Positions 26,407 through 36,213 of a stretch of DNA of 45,000 bases are shown here, one piece after another. Made by a program: the position numbers and the translations under genes. The notes under the pieces are model-generated. The model had not been told where the DNA came from. It worked only from the letters and a program-made list of their open reading frames with translations, and did not search any database. Origin of the DNA: Candidatus Pacearchaeota archaeon (lineage in GTDB: Archaea > Nanobdellota > Nanobdellia > Pacearchaeales > GW2011-AR1); the NCBI GenBank assembly GCA_016867035.1, contig VGKO01000003.1, positions 1 to 45,000 of the forward strand. Reading direction: 5' to 3'. Numbering within the stretch: the stretch's first letter is position 1; the number at the start of each line of letters is the position of its first letter.

Positions 26407-28596
26407 ATGGCTAAAAAAGAAACAAATCTGGAAAAAATACAAAGATTATGCACAGACCAAAAGCATATTAGAAACATAGCTACAAGCGCGCACATTCACC
26501 ACGGAAAAACTGCCTTAACTGATAATTTACTTGCAGCTTCTGGATATATGGCTGCAAAAAATGCAGGCGATTTAGAAGAGGGCATGGCGACTTGGCAGCA
26601 TGGCGATGAACAAGAGAGATTAATGACAGTAGATTCAGCAAATGTATCTATGGTTCATGATTTCCAAGATGAAGAATATTTGATTAATTTGATTGATACA
26701 CCAGGACACGTTGATTTTGGGGGAAATGTTACTCGAGCAATGCGAGCTATTGATGGAACAATCGTTTTGGTTTGCGCTTCAGAAGGAATTATGCCACAAA
26801 CAGAGACAGTTATTAAACAAGCAATTAGAGAAAGAGTTAAACCTGTTTTATTCATAAATAAAGTTGATAGACTTATCAAAGAATTAAAATTAACACCTGA
26901 AGCAATGCAAGCAAGATTAGTAAAAATTATCAATGATTTCAATATTCTTTTATCGCAAATTGCAGAACCAGAATTTAGAAAAATTTGGCAAGTAGATGTT
27001 AATAATGGAAGTGTTGCATTCGGAAGTGCTAGAGATAATTGGGCTTTATCAGTTCCATTTATGCAGAAAAAGGGAATTAGTTTTAAGGATGTTCTTAATA
27101 TTTATAATTTAAATGAGGATGAAAGAAAAGAATGGTGCTGGAAAAATGCACCTTTGTTTGAAGTATTATTAGATATGGTAATTAAACATCTTCCAAGCCC
27201 ACTTGAAGCACAAAAATACAGAATCCCAAAAATCTGGCATGGGGATATAGAAACCGAATTCGGAAAAAATCTTGTTAATTGTAATCCAGAAGGAAAAATG
27301 GCATTTGTTATTACAAGAATTGTTATTGATCCGCGAAGCGGAAAAGAAGTTTGTGCCGGACGTTTATTTTCTGGAAAAGTAAAAAATGGGCAAGAGGTTT
27401 ATTTAAATCTTGCAAAACAAAAACAAAAAGTCCAACAGGTTTTAATTTACAATGGAATTAAACCAGAACAAATGGAAGAATTACCTTGCGGTAATGTTCT
27501 AGCTATTGCAGGAATTACTGGAGAAGCAGGAGAAACAGTTACTATTGAGCCTGAAACTCCATTTGAAGAAATGAAACATATTTTTGAACCAGTTATTACA
27601 AAATCTATTAGTGTTCCAAAACCACAAGACTTGCCAAAATTAATCGATGTATTAAAGAAAGTTGCTAAAGAAGACCCAAGTATCAAAGTTCAAATTAATG
27701 AAGAAACTGGTGAGAACCTGATTAGTGGAATGGGTGAATTACATCTTGAAATTATTGAAAATAGAATTAAAACAGAAAAAGGAGTGGATGTTATTACTTC
27801 TTCGCCAATTGTTGTTTATAGAGAAACAGTTGACAAGCCTTCAGAAGTAGGCGAAGGAAAATCTCCAAACAAACACAACTTGTTCTTTATTAAAATCGAA
27901 CCATTAGAACCTGGAGTTTATGAAGCAATAAAGAACGCAGAGATTAGTGAAGGAAGAATCAAGAAAAAAGATGAGCCGTTATGGAATAAACTTAATGAGC
28001 TAGGAATTTCAAATGAAGAAGCAAGACAATATAGAAGTGTTTACAAAGGTTGTGCTTTCTTAGATAAAACAAAAGGAGAAGTTCATATTCAAGAAGTTAT
28101 TGAGCTAGTTTTAGATGCGTTTGAACAAGTAGTTGATGCTGGCCCAATTGCAAGAGAACCTTGTATTAAATTAAAAGCTTCACTTGTTGATATTAAATTA
28201 CATGAGGATGCTATTCACAGAGGTCCTGCTCAGGTTTATCCTGCTGTTAGAGATTCTGTAAGAGCAGCTATGGCTACAGCTAAACCTGTATTGTATGAAC
28301 CGATGCAAACAATGATGTTTGAAGGACCATTACAATTCATGGGTGAAATGACAAAGCTTATTCAAAGCAAAAGAGGACAATTAATCGATGTTAATCAGAA
28401 TGCTATTGATTGTGTTATCAAAGCCAAACTTCCTGTTGCAGAAATGATTGGACTTGCTAGTGATTTAAGAAGCGCTACTGAAGGAAGAGGAAACTTTAAT
28501 ATGGTTGACCAAGCTTTCGAGAAAATGCCTTCAAGTGTTCAAGAGGGTGTTGTTAGACAAATCAGAACTAGAAAAGGACTTGCTGAGAACGAATAA
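26407..28596 (+). CDS. fusA: Translation elongation factor aEF-2
   Basis: DTPGHVDF, NKVD, GMGELHLE, diphthamide loop HEDAIHRGPAQ; variant G1 AHIHHGKT. Confidence 0.97.
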   Translation: MAKKETNLEKIQRLCTDQKHIRNIATSAHIHHGKTALTDNLLAASGYMAAKNAGDLEEGMATWQHGDEQERLMTVDSANVSMVHDFQDEEYLINLIDTPGHVDFGGNVTRAMRAIDGTIVLVCASEGIMPQTETVIKQAIRERVKPVLFINKVDRLIKELKLTPEAMQARLVKIINDFNILLSQIAEPEFRKIWQVDVNNGSVAFGSARDNWALSVPFMQKKGISFKDVLNIYNLNEDERKEWCWKNAPLFEVLLDMVIKHLPSPLEAQKYRIPKIWHGDIETEFGKNLVNCNPEGKMAFVITRIVIDPRSGKEVCAGRLFSGKVKNGQEVYLNLAKQKQKVQQVLIYNGIKPEQMEELPCGNVLAIAGITGEAGETVTIEPETPFEEMKHIFEPVITKSISVPKPQDLPKLIDVLKKVAKEDPSIKVQINEETGENLISGMGELHLEIIENRIKTEKGVDVITSSPIVVYRETVDKPSEVGEGKSPNKHNLFFIKIEPLEPGVYEAIKNAEISEGRIKKKDEPLWNKLNELGISNEEARQYRSVYKGCAFLDKTKGEVHIQEVIELVLDAFEQVVDAGPIAREPCIKLKASLVDIKLHEDAIHRGPAQVYPAVRDSVRAAMATAKPVLYEPMQTMMFEGPLQFMGEMTKLIQSKRGQLIDVNQNAIDCVIKAKLPVAEMIGLASDLRSATEGRGNFNMVDQAFEKMPSSVQEGVVRQIRTRKGLAENE

Positions 28597-28643
28597 ATAG
28601 CTTTTTTATGATATTTTTCTAGGGAAAAGCAGTGTTGCTTAAA

Positions 28644-29228
28644 ATGAAAGAAACAAAAAAACAAAGATTCAAAGCGCTTGGTTTAGAACTCGAAATTCCT
28701 TTTAACTGGCATTTTCACGATTTGGGCTATCAAAGAAATATGTGGAATTTTTATGAAGAGGTTAATAGCAGACATCACGAGAATACTTGGCCTGCGTGGA
28801 GAAGTTCCCTTGCAAGATTAAATTTTAAAAATGATTTGGGCTTAAGTGTTCCTTTATTCTATAGAGATGAAAAGCGAGGATTCCCACATTTTCAAGTTCA
28901 CAGCTTTATAGGTTATAGAAGACATTACAAAAAAGATGGTGATGTTTTGATAAGAGCACATGAAGAAGCGCATTCTGCAGATGATTTACATGCGCGACCT
29001 GCTTTATTAGGGCAAATTAATTTAAGCTTTCCATTAAATCCCCAAGTTTTTGCAGAAATGCAGAGACTTGGCAGGGAAACTATTGCAGATATTGGAACCG
29101 TATTTGCCTTAAGAAAAAGAAGATTATCGTATGGGGAAATAAGAGATTTATACGCAGAATTAACAGGTCAGGATATTGCTCCTTTCTTACTTGGGTTTTT
29201 TCTAGAAGCAACAGGTGCGAGGTTATAA
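28644..29228 (+). CDS. Hypothetical protein with HExxH zincin-like motif
   Basis: LIRAHEEAH with downstream ETIAD. Confidence 0.55.
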   Translation: MKETKKQRFKALGLELEIPFNWHFHDLGYQRNMWNFYEEVNSRHHENTWPAWRSSLARLNFKNDLGLSVPLFYRDEKRGFPHFQVHSFIGYRRHYKKDGDVLIRAHEEAHSADDLHARPALLGQINLSFPLNPQVFAEMQRLGRETIADIGTVFALRKRRLSYGEIRDLYAELTGQDIAPFLLGFFLEATGARL

Positions 29229-29271
29229 CTCGCCACCTTACCGTCGGAGAATATATAAACTTTAGATACTT

Positions 29272-29730
29272 ATGAAAAAGATGGAAAATGCTACAATTTC
29301 TAAAATAATGACTGGAGAACATAATGCTATAAATTCTCTTCTTGATGAATTGTGGATAAATTTAGACAATGAAAGAGCAAAAGCTATTTTTGGAAAACTC
29401 AAATGGATGCTCGAAAAACATTTTTACTTAGAAGAAAAAGCTATTTTTGATTTGTATACTCCGAAGAATGATAAGGACTTGCTTGAAGTTGCAGAACTTG
29501 TGAAGCAACATGAAGAACTTAAAGCATTGTTTGTTAATATTGGGGAGGCTATCGAGCATAATATTAAACCCGACTTGCGCGTTTTTGAGGAACTTGCTAA
29601 ACGCCACGCTAAATTTGAGGATGAAATATTTTACCCAAAACTTGATTTAGAGTTAGGTGAAGAGCAAAAAGCCAAGATAATCGATAAATCTCGAGAAATA
29701 ATAAATAGTTATTACAAGGCGATTGAGTAA
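29272..29730 (+). CDS. Hemerythrin/HHE cation-binding domain protein
   Basis: EHNAI, KHFYLEEKAIF, QHEEL, RHAKFEDEIFYP. Confidence 0.88.
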   Translation: MKKMENATISKIMTGEHNAINSLLDELWINLDNERAKAIFGKLKWMLEKHFYLEEKAIFDLYTPKNDKDLLEVAELVKQHEELKALFVNIGEAIEHNIKPDLRVFEELAKRHAKFEDEIFYPKLDLELGEEQKAKIIDKSREIINSYYKAIE

Positions 29731-29870
29731 AAAATGATGAAATTAATAATACTATCTTATTAATTTAAATTCGCTTTATTCAGGTCTTGTAGGTTCAGTA
29801 AGTCTCTTATAGGTTTAGATACGATTAAGTTAATCAGAAGATTTTTATAGTTTGTTTTTCTAATAAGTTT

Positions 29871-30098
29871 ATGAAAAAACAGGTTGCACTAAAAACAATA
29901 TTAATCATCTCAATACTTGGAATGCTATTTTCAGGATACTTGAGTTATGGCGAGTTGTTTGCTGGATCTTGCTATGCTACTCAACTCGGAATGGGTTCTT
30001 GCTCTGTTGTTGCTGGAATTCCTGCTTGCGTTTATGGTTTTGTGATGTATCTTGTCGTGTTTGTGATTTCTATAATTGGATTGAGAGGTAAAAAATAA
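29871..30098 (+). CDS. Small two-TM protein resembling the N-terminal half of VKOR
   Basis: TM, SC..CS loop, GIPACVYG, TM. Confidence 0.6.
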   Translation: MKKQVALKTILIISILGMLFSGYLSYGELFAGSCYATQLGMGSCSVVAGIPACVYGFVMYLVVFVISIIGLRGKK

Positions 30099-30133
30099 AG
30101 ATTACAAGAAGAATAAGCGTAGCCAATTAAAAC

Positions 30134-30856
30134 TTAATTAGCACCAAAAACTAAATCTGAACCGCCAGGTATTGGCCAATATCTTTCTCTTAAATCTCGG
30201 AATGCTCGTGTCGCATCTCCCGGATTTCCAAAGCTTGCCAAAAATAAATTTCTTATTTCTCTAGTAGTTGTTCCTCTTTGTATCCAATCATAAAACATTC
30301 TTTCTCCAAGTCCATAACCTTGTTGATGAAAAGCAAATCCCTTTAGGGTTCTAGCTGCCCATTTATTGGCTGTTGCTAATCTTGTTAAATAATCTTGCTC
30401 TTCTTCAAGGGACATCGGAAGAATATCTAAAGTTCCTTGAAAAATATTTTCTCTAGAAGGTTCTAATGTTTTTGAACCAAGAAAACCAAGTGCTTCTATA
30501 ATAATATTAACTGCATTTAAATCTGAAGAATTTTTCCCAGCCAATCTTATTCTAGAATTGACAAGGTGTAAAAAATGAGTTGCTTCTTCGCTTATTGCCT
30601 GTCTTGAAGGTTTAGCAGTAACTAGTGTTTTCTGACTTTTAAGATAAGTTGAAGTCCCGTGATTAAGAACTGCAACTAAAGGCAGATAATACCTTTGTGG
30701 AATACCAAGTTCATTAAAATCAGTATGAACCGTTATTAATCTTACATTAGGATAAAATGGAACAGGTAAATCAAACTCGCCAGCAAGTTCGTCTATAAGA
30801 TCTTCTACTTGTTCTTGAACTCGCTCCTGTCTTTTTTCATACCTCATAATTTTCAT
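30134..30856 (-). CDS. Hypothetical protein with degenerate zincin motif
   Basis: AISEEATHFLH, IIEALG, HQQGYGLG. Confidence 0.55.
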   Translation of the reverse strand: MKIMRYEKRQERVQEQVEDLIDELAGEFDLPVPFYPNVRLITVHTDFNELGIPQRYYLPLVAVLNHGTSTYLKSQKTLVTAKPSRQAISEEATHFLHLVNSRIRLAGKNSSDLNAVNIIIEALGFLGSKTLEPSRENIFQGTLDILPMSLEEEQDYLTRLATANKWAARTLKGFAFHQQGYGLGERMFYDWIQRGTTTREIRNLFLASFGNPGDATRAFRDLRERYWPIPGGSDLVFGAN

Positions 30857-30913
30857 TTGTAAACAAGCTTAAAAAGGATTGTTGCTTTAGAGCATATAAT
30901 AGACTTGGATAAA

Positions 30914-31498
30914 ATGAAAAATAAAGGAGCGTTAAAAAAGAGGATTTGGTTAAAGCTGAAGTATCCCAAGTTTGCTTTGCTTATTCTTCTTTTTGTTCTG
31001 GCTTATTTTATTTTTCAAGGAAGCGACACAATAGGAGTATCGAAAAATATTTCTTCATTAGGTTATTTTGGAGCTTTTATTGCTGGATGCTTGTTTACCT
31101 ATGGATTTACAACACCCTTCGCTATAGTAATCTTCTTAATACTTGGGGAAACAACGCAATTAAATATTTTAGTTATGACGATTTTGGGTGGTTTTGGTGC
31201 TTTGCTTGGAGATTTTCTAATTTTTAAGTTCATAAGAACAAGCTTTAAAGATGAAGTAATAAAGCTCGAGCATGAAAAAATAGTTGAAGAAGCCGAGCAT
31301 GCAATTCCCTTAAAGATTAGGCATTATATTATTCCTGTTCTTGCGGGATTAATAATCGCTTCTCCTTTGCCTGATGAGCTTGGGGTTACAATGCTTTCTG
31401 TAACAAGGCATATTAAGCCCAAGGTTTTTGCAATAATATCTTTTGTAATGAACAGCCTAGGCATTCTTGTTATGCTTTTGCTTGGTAAGGCTATTTGA
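30914..31498 (+). CDS. VTT/DedA-like membrane protein
   Basis: GYFGAFIAG, GALLGDFLIFKF, IIASPLPDELG; about 5 TM helices. Confidence 0.7.
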   Translation: MKNKGALKKRIWLKLKYPKFALLILLFVLAYFIFQGSDTIGVSKNISSLGYFGAFIAGCLFTYGFTTPFAIVIFLILGETTQLNILVMTILGGFGALLGDFLIFKFIRTSFKDEVIKLEHEKIVEEAEHAIPLKIRHYIIPVLAGLIIASPLPDELGVTMLSVTRHIKPKVFAIISFVMNSLGILVMLLLGKAI

Positions 31499-31553
31499 TT
31501 TTGCTTAAAACTACTATAATCATCTTTAAAAATAAGGAGATTATTAATTAAAA

Positions 31554-32324
31554 ATGGAGGTGTGCGCATTAGCTTCGGGTTCGAGCGGAAATTGCTTTTT
31601 TGTTGAGACAAGTAATGGAGATTCTTTACTTATAGATTTGGGAATAAGTTGTAAACAAACCCAAACTAGACTAGAAAATATTGGAAAAAAACCTGAAGAT
31701 ATTGGAGGAATATTTATTACTCATGAGCACACAGACCACATAAGGGGGGTTGATGTGTTTGCTAGAAAGTTTAATATTCCTGTTTTTGCGACTTCCAGAA
31801 CATTTAAAGATAGGTTTGTGGTTTCAGATGACGAGTTAGTGAATGAAATAAGTAATCGCGATATATTAAAGTTTAAAGGAATTCAAATAGAGGTTTTTTC
31901 AAAATCGCATAAAGCTGCAGATCCTGTTTCTTATACTATTGTTGAAAAAAATAAGCGAGTTAGTATTATAACTGATGCTGGTTTTGCTTGTCAAAATGTT
32001 AAAAGTCACATAAAAGATGCGGATTTTCTTTTTCTTGAGTCAAATCACGATGAGAAAATGCTCCTAGAGGGCAAATATCCTTGGCCAACAAAAAAATGGA
32101 TTAAATCAGATTTAGGACATCTCTCAAATAATCAAGCAAGCTTAGCTGTTCTTGAGCATGCTCCAAAAAAACTAGGAAATGTTGTTTTAAGCCACATTAG
32201 CCAGCATAATAATACGCTTGATGTTGCAATGAAAAGTTTTAATGTCTTAAAAGAAAGAAAGGATTTGAAGCCGAAAGTTTTATTGTCAACCCGGGAAACA
32301 CCAACGCCTTTGTTTTTGGTTTAG
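31554..32324 (+). CDS. Metallo-beta-lactamase fold hydrolase (YycJ/WalJ-like)
   Basis: LASGSSGN, THEHTDH, LESNHD, GHLSN, LSHISQHNN. Confidence 0.9.
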   Translation: MEVCALASGSSGNCFFVETSNGDSLLIDLGISCKQTQTRLENIGKKPEDIGGIFITHEHTDHIRGVDVFARKFNIPVFATSRTFKDRFVVSDDELVNEISNRDILKFKGIQIEVFSKSHKAADPVSYTIVEKNKRVSIITDAGFACQNVKSHIKDADFLFLESNHDEKMLLEGKYPWPTKKWIKSDLGHLSNNQASLAVLEHAPKKLGNVVLSHISQHNNTLDVAMKSFNVLKERKDLKPKVLLSTRETPTPLFLV

Positions 32325-32446
32325 AGGTTATTACTTTCCTAGATTGAGCTATTAAACAAATTGAAACTTAATTTAAAGGTTTATCAATTAAGATTTATTT
32401 TAATGAGTAGATAGCTATAAAAACCTATGATATTTTATTTTTTATA

Positions 32447-33172
32447 ATGGAAAAAAGAGCACAAATTACATTATTTGTAATCCTTGGAATAGTAATTGTT
32501 ACGATTATTCTTTTATTTTTTTATTTTAAAAGTAATAATCTTCTTTTTAACGACTCTATACCGCCAGAAGTTCAACCTACCTATGACTTTATAATTGATT
32601 GTATTGAAAAAATAAGCTATCAGGGCTTTTATAATATGGCAAAAGTCGGAGGTAATTATCCCTTAGATACTTTTTTCTCCGAACAAAATATTCCCTTGTA
32701 TTTGGAAAATAATATCTCTCTTGCTCCAAAAATTAAAGATTTAAATTCGGTTTATAATAATTATCTGAATTTTAATTTACAATCTTGTTTAAAGAATTTG
32801 AGAAACACTTCCAACCTAAATATTTCCTATGGGAATTTTTCTTCAAGCCTGTTTATTAAAGAAGAAAAAATATTAATACGTCCAGAATTTCCGATAATGA
32901 TCTTAAGGGACGAACGTATTTTAAAATTAATTATTTCTAAAGAGATTTATCTTACTACTAATTTTGGAAAGCTTTATTATATCTCTCTAAATATAACTGA
33001 AGACTATAAAAATGGGGGCGGATTTAAAATGGATAGCATTATGAACAATTTCAAATCTAGTGGAGTTATAACCTCGATTAATCAATATCCCGATTATACC
33101 CAAGTAAGTCTTATTGATGAAAGGGGAATTAAAAATGAATCTGTTCTAACATATAGCTTCTTACTAAAATGA
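32447..33172 (+). CDS. Class III signal peptide (pilin-like) protein
   Basis: MEKRA|QITLFVILGIVIV prepilin-type cleavage motif. Confidence 0.7.
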   Translation: MEKRAQITLFVILGIVIVTIILLFFYFKSNNLLFNDSIPPEVQPTYDFIIDCIEKISYQGFYNMAKVGGNYPLDTFFSEQNIPLYLENNISLAPKIKDLNSVYNNYLNFNLQSCLKNLRNTSNLNISYGNFSSSLFIKEEKILIRPEFPIMILRDERILKLIISKEIYLTTNFGKLYYISLNITEDYKNGGGFKMDSIMNNFKSSGVITSINQYPDYTQVSLIDERGIKNESVLTYSFLLK

Positions 33173-35274
33173 AATCTAAAAATATAACTCTTTTAATTTT
33201 ATTTATTGTATTTTTTTTAAATATTATAATTTTATCTTATGCCGAAGATAATGAAATTTTAAAAACAAAAGGTATTGAATATTCTGAGAATACTTCAAGA
33301 TATACTTTTACAGAAATGGAAGATTCTTTGAGAATAAATGGTAATGATTATTGGAATATTCAACCCGAAACAGAACAAAGACAGGCTTATATTAAAGTTA
33401 ATTCAGATAAAACTCGAGTAATTGAAGCAGAATTTACAGTTAATGAAAAAGGGGGAACTTATATTTTTGGGAACGATAGGATTTATGTTCCAGCCAATGC
33501 TACATTGAAGTATTCTGAAGGAGTAATAAAGATAATCGTCCCGGATGGGGGCGTTTTAGAAAATTTTCCTAAGTCTTCTGGTGCAAATAATTTGGATTCA
33601 AGTAATTCGTTTTTAGATAATCGCATAGAAATAATCGGGAAAAATATACAATTACCTAATGGAAATATACTTAATGAAGGAGTTATTTATACAGATAATC
33701 TTTCAGAAGGTTTCTTTCATATAACTTCTGGAAGTAAAATTAATAATCTTCAAATTACTGTGCTTGCACCTGAGGGTTCTAGCCTCTTAGAAGGTCATTT
33801 GCCTCCAAACCCCCTTATCTTTTTTGATGGATTATCTCATAAAGATTCGAGTGAAACTTATATTTCTATGAATCCAAATGAGGGGCTTTTGTATTTCTCC
33901 TATAAAGACATATATAGTCATTCCTATAATTTTCTTAAAGGCAATCCTTTTATTAGAGTCGAAGAAAATGATATCTTTACAATTCAACCAAACAATTATT
34001 TCTCAAATTTAGAAATTTCGATAAAGAATCCTCAAAATAAAATACCTTCAGTTCAAATTGAAAATTTTGCTTTTATCGGAGAAGTTGGAGACTATTCTTT
34101 ACCGATTATAATTAATGGTAATCAAATTATTTCAATTCAAAAAGATAATATGGTATTAATTCCTAATAAAAATAATGCTGGGGGAGAATCGAGTCAAGTA
34201 GCGCTTCTTTTAAATTTAGAAAAATCTTCCGAAGATATTTTATTAATGAATAGTTTTGGAGGAGTCTCACTTCATAAACCTGGCAATTTATTAGAACGGT
34301 ATTCTTCATTAGATTATCAATATCCTGAAGGTTCTAAGGCAGAAGCCATATCTTCTCTTAAATCAAACTTTGCGGATATAAGTTTCGGTAGTCTTGAAAG
34401 ACTTTCTACTTCCCAGGTTGATGAACTTAAAGATTATTTGACTTCTATGCCTGCTAGTTTAAGAAATAGTCTTCGAGAAATAGGGATCTCGGAAGTTCTT
34501 GGGGGCAAGGATACTCCTGCAGGTCAAATTACCATTAGAGCAGTTTCAAAGGGCGAAGGTTCAATAGAATTAACTTCAAGTTCCTTGCCTTCGATTATTC
34601 ATGAAGCATCTCACGAAAAAGCAAGAAGAATAATTGAAGAACAAAAAATTGAACGACTTGAAAAGGTGTTACCTGTAATTTGCGAGAATATAAAAAGACA
34701 AACAAGTGTGGCTATAAAGCCCGAAGATATTAGTATTGATCTTAATCGTCCTTCTATGTCGCCTTATGGTGGTTTTTTTATGCTGAAAGATAATGCTGTT
34801 TCTTCACGTTCTTCTCAAAAAATTAATCAAGAATTATTTTTAATTGATAATTTTTTGAATCCTAGTTTGGGTTCTAAAGTTCTTGATCAGATCAAGTCGG
34901 CAGTAGAAACAACTCCCTTTGAAAATGAATGGTACGCAATTCAGCCAAAAACAGATTATGTTCCTCAACAAGCAAATCCTAATTCAATTATTGTTAATTC
35001 TGCAGTAAATTATGGTGTTCATAAATGGGAAGACGGGACCTCCGGTCCAAAGAATGGTTTTTTAAGCCCTTATTCTACTGGTAGTTTATTAGAAGATATG
35101 GCCGAATATACTAAAGCGGCTATTATAGAACCAGAAATATTTATTGATTTAATTAATCCGGAGAGTCCTAGATATTCCCCAAAGTATAGGAATAAATTAG
35201 ACTTATTATATTCTCGAGGAGATATAAGTTTAGAGAGCTATAATCAAATTTTAAATCTTGCGGGTGTTAAATAG
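33169..35274 (+). CDS. Large secreted protein with C-terminal zinc metallopeptidase domain
   Basis: Signal peptide, beta-rich N-terminal region, IIHEASHE and YSTGSLLEDMAEY; ATGA overlap with the upstream gene. Confidence 0.7.
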   Translation: MKSKNITLLILFIVFFLNIIILSYAEDNEILKTKGIEYSENTSRYTFTEMEDSLRINGNDYWNIQPETEQRQAYIKVNSDKTRVIEAEFTVNEKGGTYIFGNDRIYVPANATLKYSEGVIKIIVPDGGVLENFPKSSGANNLDSSNSFLDNRIEIIGKNIQLPNGNILNEGVIYTDNLSEGFFHITSGSKINNLQITVLAPEGSSLLEGHLPPNPLIFFDGLSHKDSSETYISMNPNEGLLYFSYKDIYSHSYNFLKGNPFIRVEENDIFTIQPNNYFSNLEISIKNPQNKIPSVQIENFAFIGEVGDYSLPIIINGNQIISIQKDNMVLIPNKNNAGGESSQVALLLNLEKSSEDILLMNSFGGVSLHKPGNLLERYSSLDYQYPEGSKAEAISSLKSNFADISFGSLERLSTSQVDELKDYLTSMPASLRNSLREIGISEVLGGKDTPAGQITIRAVSKGEGSIELTSSSLPSIIHEASHEKARRIIEEQKIERLEKVLPVICENIKRQTSVAIKPEDISIDLNRPSMSPYGGFFMLKDNAVSSRSSQKINQELFLIDNFLNPSLGSKVLDQIKSAVETTPFENEWYAIQPKTDYVPQQANPNSIIVNSAVNYGVHKWEDGTSGPKNGFLSPYSTGSLLEDMAEYTKAAIIEPEIFIDLINPESPRYSPKYRNKLDLLYSRGDISLESYNQILNLAGVK

Positions 35275-35380
35275 CAAGTTAATATATTTATAAAATTAGA
35301 CTTGAAAAACCTAGAAATAAAAACACATTTTGATCAAAACCTAAACAAAGGTGTTTATTCCCCGAATAGAGTAGAAAAGA

Positions 35381-36112
35381 TTATTTCTTTTTATCTTTTA
35401 TATAAAAGAATCCAGCAACTAAACCAACAATTAGCAAACCTGCTCCAAGAAAAGAAGTTGTTTTAGTTGTTAAATCTGCAATTGCATTTCCCGTTATATT
35501 AGATGAAAGGAAAAATATTCCGCCGAGAACTCCGATGATTGAGGCAGTTGCAGCGACTTTTTCTAAACCCCTTTTTGTAACTCTTTGTTTTTTTTGAATT
35601 CTTTTTATTGAAGAGATTAGATGTTCAATTACCTCTTTCTTTGATTGTTCATCTTCCCCCCAGATTCCTTGTTTATCCGCTCTCCTCAGATATAGCAATG
35701 CCCTATCATAACTAAATCTTGCTCTTTCTAAATTTCCTGCATCTTCATATAATTGTCCAGCTCTTTCAAAACATCCGCCGGCATTAGCTAAAGCTTCTTT
35801 CTGCTTTAAATTCCACTCCCCCGCACCGTATGCATCCTCAGCGGCAGTAGATAAAGTTTCAGGATTATAATCCTGCCAAGAATCGCTAGTCCGCCAAGAT
35901 TTCTTATACTTTCCCTTAGAACTACTAGAAGCATCTTTATATCTGACCTTAATCTCCCTACTTAGCTTTAATCGGTCATAAGGTGTCAGTTCCCTTGGAT
36001 TAATAGATAGTAAATATTCTCTCGCCTTTATTTGGCTATGAGAAAATTTAGTTCTAATATCGCTCAATATTTTTCTTGCTGTAGGGGATAATCTACCTTC
36101 TTTTTTATTCAT
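35381..36112 (-). CDS. TPR/SNAP-like helical protein with C-terminal TM-ITGNAI-TM module
   Basis: AGGCFERAGQLYEDAG...YDRAL helical repeat; RGLEKV, TM, SNITGNAI, TM, KDKKK. Confidence 0.65.
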   Translation of the reverse strand: MNKKEGRLSPTARKILSDIRTKFSHSQIKAREYLLSINPRELTPYDRLKLSREIKVRYKDASSSSKGKYKKSWRTSDSWQDYNPETLSTAAEDAYGAGEWNLKQKEALANAGGCFERAGQLYEDAGNLERARFSYDRALLYLRRADKQGIWGEDEQSKKEVIEHLISSIKRIQKKQRVTKRGLEKVAATASIIGVLGGIFFLSSNITGNAIADLTTKTTSFLGAGLLIVGLVAGFFYIKDKKK

Positions 36113-36213
36113 AATCTTTTATCTCACTCGAACTTTAAAAACCCTTTGCCTTAAGGAATTAAAAAAATTATTGAAACACACGAATTTATAAACCAGGTTT
36201 AGCTGGAAATTAC

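Noticed and set aside
17565-28596. Inteins or introns in rpoB, rpoA or EF-2
   Set aside because: Protein lengths are normal or short, and no intein or LAGLIDADG motifs were seen.
35316-35360. Imperfect inverted repeat AATAAAAACAC..GTGTTTATT between convergent genes
   Set aside because: Weak and AT-rich; at most an ordinary terminator.
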